NCBI RefSeq assembly: GCF_009914755.1
Contig: NC_060928.1
DNA length: 64,000 nucleotides
Direction: 5' to 3' (one strand)
DNA from: the human T2T-CHM13v2.0 reference genome, Homo sapiens
Positions 1 to 16,491 of the stretch are shown here, in pieces. Both the position numbers and the translations under genes were made by a program. The notes under the pieces were generated by a model. That model saw nothing but the letters and a program-made list of their open reading frames with translations, ran no database searches and was not told the origin of the DNA. Within the stretch, counting starts at the first letter, position 1; the number at the start of each line of letters is the position of its first letter.

Positions 1-1361
1 GAATATCATACATGCTAGAATGAAATAGTAATTAGATAAAAATACTAATGGTAATAATAATGATAAAAGCTAACATTTATTAAATACTATAAGCCACACA
101 CTGTTTTAAACCTTTACCTGTATTACGCATTTAATCCTTATCAACACCCTATTCTTTCAAAAAATAATAAAGTTATTATTACATTTTATAAAGAGCTGGA
201 AAGCAATGGGGAGCAGTTGGCATTTTTGACAGTGTGGCCAAGAAAGACTTCCGTGGGAGGTGACAGATAAGCAGGGCTGGAAGTGTTCATTTCTCATGTA
301 TCTCTAAGATCCATGTTCCTCTCTCCACTCACCCCACCCCTGCACCACGATTGTTTGGTGAAAACCACCATATTGCTCATTGTCATTGCAACTACCTTCT
401 AACTGGATGCCCTTCTAGCAGCCAGAATGGTGTGAGAGTGACTGGAGGTGCAGACAGGTTGGCTATATGCATTTGGTCCATTTACTTCTCTGCTGACCTT
501 TCTAGGATGTGGCTTATTGATGTTCCCTGAATTTGAAGACTACATGGTTCAGACTCTGGGATAACATGACATGGAGTAATGACTCACTACCATGTATTCA
601 CCCAAGGGGAAGCTGGGAGTTTGTCTTTTAAACATTAAGTTATGCCATTTACTGTGGGAATGGGGCAGAAAATGACCCAGTGGTGGAGGCAGAAGCAAGA
701 ATAACATCAACAAAGGATAAGTTCCACAGCTTTTCACCTCCAATATCCCACCTGGGTCTCCCAACAACCTTGTAAAACTGATTGCTATGCATGTTGCATG
801 TTTGGGAGATCAGAGAAACAAAGGCTGAGATGCTTCATAAGTTTAGCCAAAGCCATACGGCTAGTGCTTGAGCTTTTTCATAAATAAAGAACCTGTTCAT
901 TCACCTGACCATAGCCTATGAAGACAGTGTCTTTCTTTTTATTATTATTATTATTATACTTTAAGTTTTAGGGTACATGTGCACATAGTGCAGGTTAGTT
1001 ACATATGTATACATGTGCCATGCTGGTGTGCTGCACCCACTAACTCGTCATCTAGCATTAGGTATATCTCCCAATGCTATCCCTCCCCCCTCCCCCCACC
1101 CCACAACAGTCCCCAGAGTGTGATGTTCCCCTTCCTGTGTCCATGTGTTCTCATTGTTCAATTCCCACCTATGAGTGAGAATATGCGGTGTTTGGTTTTT
1201 TGTTCTTGCGATCGTTTACTGAGAATGATGATTTCCAATTTCATCCATGTCCCTACAAAGGACATGAACTCATCATTTTTTATGGCTGCATAGTATTCCA
1301 TGGTGTATATGTGCCACATTTTCTTAATCCAGTCTATCATTGTTGGACATTTGGGTTGGTT

Positions 1362-4967
<3,606 letters not shown>

Positions 4968-5051
4968 AGTGTCTTTCTTAAAAACAAAGCCAACTACGAC
5001 CACCACCACAATTACTACTACTTGTTGCTATACATATTTACCCTGTGCCAG

Positions 5052-7862
5052 TGTCTTAATTCTTGCTGCTATAACAAAATATTATAGACTGGGTGGCTTA
5101 TAAACAATAGAAATTTATTTCTCACTGTTCTGGAGGCTGAGAAATCCAAGATCAAGGTGTTGGCAGATTCAATGTCTGGTGAGGGCCTGTTCTCTGGTTC
5201 ATAGATGGCACCTTCTCACCATGCCCTCACATGATAGAAGGAGTGAGAGGTCCCTCTGGGACCTTTTTCATAAGGGCACTAATCCCCACTCATAAGGGCT
5301 TTAAACCCATCATCTAATCACCTCCCAAAGGCTCCACCTTTAAATACCATTACCTTGGGAGGCTAGAATTTCCACTTATGAATTCTGGGGAGACATAAAT
5401 ATTCAGTCCATAGCATTGTATTCTGGCTTCCCCCAAAATTCATGTCTTTCCTACATGCAAAATACATTTATTCCATTCCAATAGCTTCAAAAGTCTTAAC
5501 TTGTGCCAGCACTGACTTTAAAGTCTAAGTCCAATGTCTCATCTAAATATGATATTTAGATATCAGATGTGGGTGAGACTGAAGATATGATTCATTATGA
5601 GACAGATTCTCTTCTAGCTGTGAGACTATGAAACCAAACAAGTTATATGCTTCCAAAATGCAATGGTGGAACAGGCACAGCAAGACATTCCCATTCCAAA
5701 AGAGAGAAATAGAAAAGAAAAAACGAGTGACAGGTCCTGGGCTAGTCTAAAACCTCAAGGCTTGAGAATGATTTTCTTTGACTCCAGGCCCTGTTCTCTA
5801 GTCTTACTGGGATGGTGACCCTGATCCCATGGCTCTATTGAGCATTGCTCTAGTCGGGGCTCCCTGTGGTGGCTGTACCCTATGGCCCCTCTCATGAGTC
5901 ATGAGCCTGAGGCTCTGAGCAGCTCCATCTTTCTAAATCTGGGTAGAGGCGGCCATACACCCATGGCTCATGCACTTTGTTATTGGCAGATATGGTACCT
6001 TGTGGATGCTGCCAAGATTTATTATTTATGCCTTCCAGAAGGACAGCCACAGTGACCTGCACCACACCTTGTTGGAGGCTTAAAGAGTGAGGGTCGTGAT
6101 CAACTCAGTATACCACTGGAGACTATATGAGTAAGCAGCAAACTGTTGCTCATAAATGCAGAATTTTGGCAAACTGACAAACTGCATCTGCCACCCAGAA
6201 GGACTGCTGAAGGCAGTCATGACCCAGGCACAAGTGTTTCTTATGATTAGGCATAATTGAAGCCTGTTAGTAACAATATGAACCTGTGATCAATTAAGCA
6301 GCTGACCAGTCATTACCTCCTCCTTCCTGCTCATTCTACCCAATAAATAAGAAGGGCTGTGGAAGCTTGCGCAGCTGCCTTTGCTCTCTAGAAGCAGGGA
6401 GCCCTTATCCTCTTCTCTTCTTCTCTCTTCCTCTTCCCCATGCTAGCCTTTCCTTAAAATAGTTACTTTTGTTTTTTGTTATCATTTCTACGTTCGTCCC
6501 TTCGTGAAGTCATAATGACAGTCTCAAGCAGTAACAGTAGTAAGTGCTGTAATGATGGTCTCAAGTAGTAACCATGGCAGTCATCACACACCTGGCCTCA
6601 CTGGAGCCACACCTGGGTGGCTGAGAATTGCCACCCAGGAATTGCCACTGGAAAGTAGGGAGTAGAGCCTAAGATAGTGCCAGGCAGCCAGTGCTGAGGG
6701 CCCACAGGTGTCTGAGGCTCTTTCTTTAAAATTGTTCTGTCCTCCAGGCTCTGAACTCTGGGCCTGAGAAGATAAAGGCAGCCTTGATGATCTTTGAAAT
6801 GCTTTTGGGGTTACTTTTCCCTTGTCTCAGACAATAGGTCCTGGATGATCCATACTAATCTTATCAAAAGGTTGCTTGGCCACACCCTATTCCTGAATAT
6901 ACTTTCTGATACTTTTAATATGGGTAGGCTGTGAAATTTCTTAACCTTTAAATTCTGTTTCCCTTTTGATTAAAAATTCTGTCTTTAAATCATTTTTCTT
7001 TTCTTATATTTGACTATAAATATTCAAGAGGAGCCAAGCCATACCTTCAACACTTTGCTTAGAAATTTCCTCAAATATCCTATTCTTTGTGTGCAAATTC
7101 TACCTTTCACAAAACACTAAGACACAGCAATTCAGCCAAGTTCTATGCCACTTTGTAACAAGGATAACCTTTCTTCCAGTTTCCAATGACGTGTTCCTTA
7201 TTTCTATCTGAAACCTTACCAGGATGGCCTTTACCATCCATATTTCTACAAACATTCTGTTCATGACCACTTAAGTATTTCCTTAGAAGGTTGAGGCTCT
7301 TTATACAGCTTTCTTCTTTTCATCCTGACCCTCACAAGGGTCACCCTTAACAGTCCACCTGGCAATGTAGGCTATGTTTTAGCCTACCCCTCAAAACTTT
7401 TCTAGCATCTACCCATGATCCCATTTCAAATCTGCTTCCATATTTTTAGATCTTTGTTACAGTAGCACCCCCAATTCTTGATTCCAATCTTCTTTGTGAA
7501 TTTGAGCTGTTATAACAAAATACTACAAGTTGGGTAGCTTTGTAAAGCAGATTAATCTATTTGTTACAGTTCAGGAGTCTGGTAAGTCCAAGGTCAAGGT
7601 GCTGGCAGACTTGATGTCTGGTAAAGGCTTGCTCTCTGGTTCATAGAGCTTTCTTGCTGTGTCTCCACATGGTGGAAGGAGTGAGGGGTCTCTCTCAGGT
7701 CTCTTTTTTTCATAAGGACACGGACACCAACCCCACTTATAAGGGCTATGTTCTTGTGATCTAATTACCTCCCAAAGGCCCCACCACTTAATACCATAAC
7801 CTTAGGGGTTTAAAATTTCAACATATGAAATTTGAGGGGACAAAAACGTTCAGACCATAGCA
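5052..7862 (-). mobile_element. Full LTR-int-LTR MaLR element (MLT1A/MLT1A0-like)
   Basis: Two similar ~360-bp LTRs (5052-5415 and ~7490-7862, both ending ccatagca) flank MaLR internal sequence. TSD gccag (5047-5051) / gcctg (7863-7867). Confidence 0.85.
6070..6588 (+). mobile_element. Solo ERV LTR, LTR10-family-like, nested in the MaLR internal region
   Basis: TG...CA termini and exact 5-bp TSD cacct (6065-6069, 6589-6593). Family assigned from the recalled start TGTTGGAGGC..GAGGGTCGTGATCAACTCAG. Confidence 0.75.
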
Positions 7863-7979
7863 GCCTGATTCTGAATCAAGAGATTCATATATATTAACCC
7901 ATTTAATCCTGTTGCATGCTGTGTAGAAATAATTTGGCAGTATCTAGCATATGGTAATAATTTAATTAATGTTAATTTA

Positions 7980-8120
7980 AATGACTCTATTTTTGGATAA
8001 GGAAAAACTGAGGCCCACAAAGGTTAAGTATCCTGTACAAAGTTGCACAGTTGGTAAACAATGGCCCTAAGATCTGAATACAGGCCATGTGGTTATGTGG
8101 TTTAGCTCTTATCCATGATG
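7980..8120 (-). mobile_element. MIR fragment
   Basis: ggataaggaaaaactgaggcccacaaaggttaagt MIR core. Confidence 0.65.
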
Positions 8121-8917
8121 TACTTTGCCTACCTGTGTAATGGTTGGGTTGTCTCAGTGTGTGTTTGTGGGCAGTACATGCTGAGTTTTAGTCTTTTGCG
8201 ACTTGTTTCTGGCAATACTTAGAGGTTCTTTCTTTTTTATTCAAATTTCTATTTTAAGTCATTTTAGCTTTGGATTTCCAGTTGTGATTCCTCCCTAGAA
8301 CCAATTCATGTCTTTCTCATTTAGGAAGGTCTGAGGATCTGGGATCTTGGAGGAGGAGGATTTTTTACTCGTGGTGCCTGAGTGATGGATGATTTTTCAA
8401 AGAGTTTCTAGAATTCCATACTCATGAGCACAACTGGATTTGAAATTTAAATCATAGGGGTTTTCTATTTTGCATTTTGTGAAAATTTCAAATGTAAAGC
8501 TATTCCCTAAGTAGATAATGTCTTGGCATTCCCTCTTCTCTAGTCCAGGCTGCAACTTTTTGTTCACTTTGCTTTATTCCACAAAGATTTTATCTGTTAG
8601 GCTCTGTGCCCAGTAACATAGAGAAAGCAAACTGAAGGGGATTCAGACTCTATATTCAAGTCTCTGGGATATGGCAGATAATTCTTTCATGAATGAGGTA
8701 ATATTTTACCCATGACTTGAAAGATGCTTGGATTTTGATAGAAGGAGAAGGAAGTATAGCTCAGAAATCCAGAACCACCTGAGCCTAGGCATGGAGGTCA
8801 GAAAGGTCAAGATGAGCTGAAGGAGGCAGAGGACATTTCAGATAAGCTTAATATTTCTGTTTGCAGCAGAGGAAAATGTGACTCTTTAAATTTTTGGATG
8901 CTCTTCTCTGAAGATAG

Positions 8918-9269
<352 letters not shown>

Positions 9270-9364
9270 CGTTGGAAACCTTTACCTGTCACATCTCCTC
9301 AGAGAATGAAGAGACCCTTCATGTCTCACGAAGTTAACAGTAAAAGCCAACGTTTATTGTTCAC

Positions 9365-9722
9365 TGTCTTAGCCCATTTAGGCTTCTATAACAAAAACAC
9401 CATGGTCTGGGTGGCTAATAAACAACAGAAATTTATTTCTCACAGCTGTGGGGGCTGGGAAGTCCAAGCTAAAGCACCAGCAGATTTGGAGTCTGGAAAA
9501 GGCCCACTCCCTGGTTCACAGATGGTACCATTTTATGTAACCTCATGTGACAGAAGGGACAAGGGAGCTCTCCAGGGCTTTTTATAAGGGCAGTGAGCTC
9601 ATTTTTAAAGGCCTTGCCTCATGACTTAATCATCTCCCAAATGCCCCACCTCCAAGTACCATCAGATTGGGGTGAGAATTTCAACATATGATTTTGGGGA
9701 CACAAATATTCAGTTTATAGCA
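9365..9722 (-). mobile_element. MLT1A-like solo MaLR LTR
   Basis: tgtcttagcccatt...cagtttatagca, similar to the LTRs at 5052 and 37627. Confidence 0.85.
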
Positions 9723-10032
9723 TGCACTTTCTGTGTGCTAGGGACAACGGTAAGCACTTTATATGTGTATTGCCTTTGAGCTAGTGTTGATTATTCCCAT
9801 TTTGCAGGGGAGAAGCCAGTAGGTTCAGAGAAGTTCCAGGTCACAGGCTAAGTAAGGGGTGAAGTAGGCTTTCAACTCCAGGTGTGTTGGACTCTAAACC
9901 TTCTGCTTCTTTCACTACACTTTGGTACTAGAAGGAGATTTTCTAGGAATTGGCAGTGGAAAGAACACTGCTGTTGGCCTTAGAAGGCAAGCTTGGAGCT
10001 GTGGTGGTCAGTTCCCATTGAAGGCTTTAGAG

Positions 10033-10345
10033 CAGCACTGCTCTAAAATATGATTCCAGCCACATAGGCAATTTTAAATTTACTATTAGCTCCATTAAAA
10101 AAGGAAGAAGAAACATGTGGAGTTTGCTTTAATCATATATTTGATTTAACTCAATATATGTAAAATATCATTTTAACAGCAATCAATACTAAAAAAGTTA
10201 TTAGTGGAAATATTTATATTTTTATAGCAAATCTTTGAAATCCTATGTTCATTTTACGCATAAAGTACATCACAGTTTGGCCTAACCATGTTTTGAGTAC
10301 TCAATACACACATGTGAGCAGTTGTTGCCTTCCTGGATGTCACAG
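10033..10345. mobile_element. MER33-like hAT-Charlie MITE
   Basis: cagcactg...cacag termini. Reverse-oriented relative of the copy at 52087-52422. Confidence 0.7.
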
Positions 10346-10427
10346 GTTTACAGGAAGCTTTAGTCATCATCGCCATGATAACAACAATTGCTAACTGTGA
10401 TCAAACATTTATTAGGTGTTGGAACTT

Positions 10428-10832
10428 TTATTAGTTTGCTAGTGCTGCCATAACAAAAGACCACAGAGGAGGTGGTTTCAACAACAGAAATTCATTTGCT
10501 CAAAGCTCTGGAGGTGACAAAACCAAAATGAAGGTGTTGTCAGGTTTGATTTTTCCTGAGGCTTCTCTTCTTGGCTTGCAGATGGCTACTTGAGTCTCAT
10601 TGTGTCCTCATATGGTCTGCCCTCTGTGTAAGCACATCCCTGGTTTCTTTCTGTGTGTCCAAGTTTCTTTTTATAAGGACACCAATCAGATTGGATTAGA
10701 GCCCAGTCTGACAGCCGTGTTTTAACTTAGCCACTTCTTTAAAGGCTGTCTGCAAATACAGTCACATTCTGAGGTACTGGGGCTAAGCTGTCAACATATG
10801 AATTTGATGGAGAGGCACAATCCAGCCTATAA
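10428..10832 (-). mobile_element. MLT1B-like MaLR LTR
   Basis: ttagtttgctagtgctgccataacaaa...gtcacattctgaggtactgggg...cagcctataa. Confidence 0.8.
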
Positions 10833-11027
10833 AGACATCAAGCTATATATTTTATATAACGAGTTTAAATTTTCATAATTTAATGATTAGTACTATCAGT
10901 AAATGTATTTTACAGATATAAAATTTGTGGCAAAAAGAGATCAGGTATTTTCTTTAAGGTCATACAACTGGTAATGCAGAGCCAGAATTTATTTATACAC
11001 AGTTTTGTCTGATAAGAGTCTTCATTC

Positions 11028-12293
11028 CTTTGCAAAATTCACTGCAGAAAATTTAAAATATAATTGGAAGCCTTGATAACAGACTAGACAAAGCAGAGGA
11101 ATGAATTTCAGAGCCTGAAGACTGGTCTTTCGAATCAACCTAGTCAGGCAACAATAAAGAAAAAAGAATTTAGAAAAATGAATAAAACCATGAGAAATAC
11201 GGAATTATGCAAAGTGACCAAACCTATGATTCATTGGCACTTTTTAGAAAGAAGAGAAAGTATGCATCTTGGAAAACATATTCGAGGGTATAATCTAGGA
11301 AAATGTCTCCAATCTCACTAGATGGGTTGACATGCAGATACAGGAAATGCAGAGAACTCCTGAAAGATACAAGACGACCATTCCAAAGGGTTGTACTCAT
11401 CAGATTTTCCAAAGTCAACACCAAAGAAAAAATCTTAAAGGCAACTACAGAAAAAGGCCATATTACCTATAAAAGATATTACATCAGACTAACAGTGGAC
11501 TTCTTAGCAGACACCTTATAAGCCAGAAGAAATTGGGGGCCTATTTTTAGCATTTTAAAAGAAAAAGAATTCCAACCAATAATTTCATATTCTGCCAAAC
11601 TAAACTTCATAAACAAAAGAGAAATTATAGTCTTTCCCAGACAAGCAATCTCTAAGGGAATTTGTCACCACCAGACTGGCTTTACAAGAGATGTTTAAGG
11701 GAGTTCTAAACATAGAAACAAAAAACTGATACTTCCTACCACAAAAATACATGTAAGTGCATTACCCACAGACCTCATAAAGCAACTACACAATCAAGAC
11801 TACACAGCAATTAGCTAACAACACCATGTCAGGAACAAAACTTCACATATCAACGTTAACTTTGAATGTAAGTAGCCTGAATGCTCCACTTAAAAGACAT
11901 AGAGTGAAAAATTGGATGAAAACCAAGGCTCAACCATCTGCTATCTTTAAGAGACCCAGCTCACATGTAATGACGGCCATAGGCTCAAAGTCAAGGGGTG
12001 GAGAGAGATGTATTATGCAAGTAAAAAACAGAAAAGAGCAGGGGTTGCTATTCTTGTATCAGACAAAACAGACTTTAAACCAATAACAGTAAAGATGAAA
12101 AAAAGAAGGAAATTTCACAATGATAAAAGGTCCAATTCAACAATGTTTAATCATCCTAAATATATATGCACCAATACTGGAGCAACTGGATTTATAAAGC
12201 AATTACTACTAGACCTAAAAAAAAAGACTTAGCCACACAATAATAGTGGAGGACTTCAATACACCACTGACAGCATTAGATAGATCATCCATG
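11028..12293 (+). mobile_element. Internal L1 (L1PB/L1M1-age) fragment: 3' part of ORF1 to the first ~155 codons of ORF2, no tail
   Basis: KEKILKA..EKGHITYK..IRLTVDF (ORF1), MSGTKLHISTLTLNV, AGVAILVSDKTDFKP and GDFNTPL (EN). Flanked by aagagtcttcattc at 11014-11027 and 12294-12307. Confidence 0.9.
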
Positions 12294-12710
12294 AAGAGTC
12301 TTCATTCTTGCCACCCAAACTGGCCAAATGAAACATGGCTGCCTTCATGATAGGTATATTTGGGTGCAGCTAAGAGCCTGTTGCACTTTATTATCAGCTC
12401 CTCCTAATAGTATATGGAAAAGCAGCGCCATCAGGGAAAGGGATCCAGAAGGGTAGAGAAGCTGAGAGCACACGTGGGTTTTTATTTTTATTTTTCTGAC
12501 AGGAACTTTGATCTTGGAATGGAGATACAGGTCTGGCAGGAGAAGGGCTGGCTGCGCCGATGGGGTTGAACAATAGGATTTGACATCCTGAGCAAAGGAG
12601 GAGATGGTGATGGCTTCTTGGGCTGGCTACATCACTGAAGATGAAGAATACACTTTTCCCCCTGAAGTCTAGCTGACCAAACACTCAAGGATATGAAATA
12701 AATATGGATG

Positions 12711-13221
12711 GTATTGTAGGAGGAATTGTGTCCCCCAAGATAATATGTTGTAGTCCTAACCCTGGAACCTGTGAATGTGACTTTATTTGGAAATAGGGTC
12801 TTCGTAGATGTAATTAGTTAAGAAGAGATTATACAGCGTTAGTGAAGCTGTAAGTCCAATAACTTGTGTCTTTATAAAAAGGCCATGTAAAAACAGAGAC
12901 ACACAGGGAGAGCACTATATGAAGATGGAGGCAAAAATTGGGGTGATGCATCTATTAGTTTGATACAAAAGTAATTGCATTTTTTGCCATTACTTTCAAT
13001 GGTAATACATGCCAAGGAACACCAAGGATTACCAGCAAACACCAGAAGCCAGGAGAGAGGCATGGAACAGATTGTCCCTCAGAGCCTGCATAAGGAAACA
13101 AGCTTGCTGATATCTTGATTTTGTACTTCTGGCTTTCAGAACTGTGAAATAATACATTTTTGTAATTTTAAGTCACCAAGTTTGTGGAACTTTGTTACAA
13201 CAGCCTTGGGAAACTAGTACA
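12711..13221 (+). mobile_element. MLT1C-like MaLR LTR containing a truncated MADE1
   Basis: gaatgtgactttatttggaaatagggtc...ggaaactagtaca. Confidence 0.8.
12955..13005. mobile_element. Truncated MADE1 (Hsmar1 MITE)
   Basis: One TIR plus spacer (ttagtttgatacaaaagtaattgc...ccattactttcaatgg), then taa. TA on both sides. Confidence 0.8.
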
Positions 13222-15537
13222 GATGGGAAGGGAGAAGCATTGATGGAAATAATTGCTTTGGATGATAATAAATATGACTCAGAGCGAAGAATAGAGGTGC
13301 AGGATGTGTCTGGGAACTTACAGGAAAGAACACATTTAGAGGAAGATAGAAATTCTGGTCTTAGAATCTTCACACAATTGGCTGGGGCATAATATATAAA
13401 ATAAAGTAATGAAAAAAGGCGGTAGGTGTGATATTTCAAAGTCACCAAAAAGTGGGCTGGAAATTACTATTTGGTATAAACGGAAACAAGAATATACCTA
13501 TTACATCGGGAGGAAATTGTGTTAACAAGAACAAAAGACAGATTTATGGAAATCAGAGGGCCTGAGAGGGGAATCAGGCCAGCAAAGCTTAGGGTGAGGA
13601 TATAAATAAAGATGCATTGAAGTGATGTTCTTAAAGGTATAATAAAAAGCCATGTGAACCTTGGAATGAACAGATGTCTTTGTTTCCTGTATCACAAGCT
13701 GGCTCAAAAGTAAGATTTTGTAGTAATGGAAACCATGTTAACTGTCCAGATATCTGCTACACGTTTTATCTGACCGAAAGTGGGAAAGTGTGACACGACT
13801 TTTTTTCTTTCTTTACTGATAATTTCATTTCACAATGGCCAATGGCAAAATAAATTTCTACTCTGGACTTAATTATGAGCTGTTAATTGGTTGGTGAAGT
13901 GGAGGTGACAGGAATCTTAAGAGAGCCAGATGGGATTTCATTTGGGGTGATATGACCTTACTGAATTTTTGAGCACTAATGAGAAGATAAGATAAACTTA
14001 GTCAGGATTGCACCCTAGACTTTGGAAAGAAAGGTTTAAAAAATTTTCAGAGAGCATCCTTATCTTTACTTCTTATTGGTGGATAATGTCAGATTCCATA
14101 GGCTTTCTTTCCCTCACTCCCTTCCTCTCACATACTTCTACTTTCAAGTGAATCATCAAGGAATATTAAACTTTAGCATTTAAAAGTTGAGATTTGCCAG
14201 GACTGGCATTTGAGGAAAAATGAAATTGGTGCTCAGCCAAAAGTCAGGCAGCCTCATGAAGCTTCTGTGCATGGCTGCATCCAGGTGGTGGCACTCCCAC
14301 TGGATGAACTCTTATTTGCTATATATCAAAGGTAGATGGTTGTGCTTGTCACATGCTGCTATCATGCTTGTTAGAGATAAATGGCAGCTTGTTTGTTTCA
14401 TCAATGTTAATTTAGATTGTTGTACATTGTTAGCAAAATTTTATAGTGGTTTGTTACTTTTATTATGGGAAATGAAAAGATTTTTGTCATTTATATTTTG
14501 AAACTATAGTCCTCCAATAACTATACATTATTATATATATTACCATAAATTAGAATGTGAAGTAGCAAGCTGCTATGGTTAAAGCAAAGGAATACATCAA
14601 CTTCACCATCCTTAAATATTGTACTGTACACATTTTGTTGCTAACACTAGAAGCAGATTAACAAGTGTGAATGTTGATCCTACCTAAGCTATTTAAACCT
14701 CACCTCTTTTATCACTAAAATGGGAATAATAGGACCTATTTTAGTGAGGGTTAAATGACATCATGCATATGCAGTGTAGAAAATGTTCAATAAATAGCTA
14801 ATAATTACTACTAGTTAAAGAGTGCTTATAATTGTCTAGGCACTATATGAAGTGTTTTGCATACGTTGACTAATCCTCAGAAAGCCACATAAGGTAAGTA
14901 CTACTGTTATCTCTAATGGTAGTTAATAGTTGTAGATAATGGTAATTTTATAAATAAGAAAAGCCCAAGGCACAGGGCATTTAGGTTAACTCTCAAAATC
15001 ACAGTTAGTAAGTGGCAGATTGGGTATTTGGACCCAGGAAGCCTGCTTGTAGGCATCTTACTGGTAACTAGTATACTGCCTCTGATAATAACAACAGCAC
15101 ACACCTTTCTTTTCCAAAGGCGTCATACAATAAGTTGAAAGTGATGGCCAAGTGAATGGTCTCTATTCATTTGCAAACCATTTCTCTCCCTACTTTCTGT
15201 GGGCATCTGGAGGGGATGTGTCTTACCCCAGTTTTCAACACTAACCTCAACCCTTGCTCAATGAATGAATGGCTGTCAATCTCATCCCCTTATTTACCTT
15301 TTTGATCATGGTATTTTTGTTAATGATGCTAATAAAGCATTGTTCCATCTGGGAACACCACCTGGTTGGAAGTCTTTCTAGATTCCACTTTGAATCCAAT
15401 GCTTCTTGCTTGAAGTATACTTTGTTGAAATTCCAGGACCTTAGGCTGCCTCTAGAACAGAAGCCATCCAGCTGAGCACCTGGAAAATACCATTTTCCAC
15501 TTGTGTTTATTAGGAGCTCCCTGGTCATAGACTTTTT

Positions 15538-16491
15538 AAAAATGTAGGAGGTACAAGGGAAGGTTTCATGTATGCATGTATTTTGCAGTGGTGAAATCTG
15601 AGCTTTTTGTGAACCCATCACCCAAAGAGTGAACTTTGGACCCAATAGGTAATTTTTCAACCCTCACCTTCTTCCCACCCTCTCACCTTTTTGTAGTCTC
15701 CAATGTGTATTATTTCACTCTGTATATCCATGTGCACCCATTACTTAGCTTCCATTTATAAGTGAGAACATGCAGTATTTGACTTTCTGTTTCTGAGTTA
15801 TCTCAGGATAATGGTCTCCAGTTCCATCCATGTTGCTGCAAAATATATAAGTTTATTCTTTTTAATGGCTGAGTAGTATTCCATGGTGTGTGTGTGTATA
15901 TATATATATGTATATATGAACATGCTATAAATATCCTTATGTATGTCCTAAAAATGTTCATTGTTAAAATAACCTTTTAAAAGTACAGTTTCCACTTGTT
16001 AACAAAGCAACAGATGAGTATTTGTTTAGATTTTTCAGCTTTAATTCAAATATATGACATATTGGTAAAGCCCACATTGTAAAATTCATAATATTCTGTT
16101 TTTTTCTATATGCAAGCTGAAAAGGACATGTACAGTGTACATGTATATATGTGTATGTACACATATATACACACTGCACATATTTACACACATATATGTA
16201 CATACCATACATATGTGCACACATATGTACACACTGCATATATGACATGGTACATATGCACACACATGTACACACATATACACACTGTATGTATATACAC
16301 ACATATATGCACATACTGAACTTGCATATATATACACACACATATATATATACTGTATACATACAGACACACACACACACACACAAACACACCCTGTATT
16401 TTCTTTATCTAATCCTCATTGATGGAAATTTAGGTTGATTCCATATCTTTGCTATTGTGAATGGTGCTGTGATGAATATATAAGTGCAGAT
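15538..16491 (-). mobile_element. 5'-truncated L1PB/L1MA 3' end with an expanded microsatellite and an inserted inverted copy of flanking DNA
   Basis: L1 3'UTR motifs (aagtgagaacatgcagtatttgac, ttgctattgtgaat). Imperfect TSD ctg(g/a)tcataga(c/t)tttt at 15521 and 16492. Confidence 0.85.
16139..16390. repeat. Degenerate (CATA/TACA/CA)n microsatellite
   Basis: Alternating purine-pyrimidine tract. Confidence 0.95.

Noticed and set aside
14278-14296. CTCF-like ccaggtggtggcac
   Set aside because: Mismatches at core positions in either register.
15964-16438. Overlapping Cys/Val/Tyr/His-rich ORFs
   Set aside because: Translations of the microsatellite.
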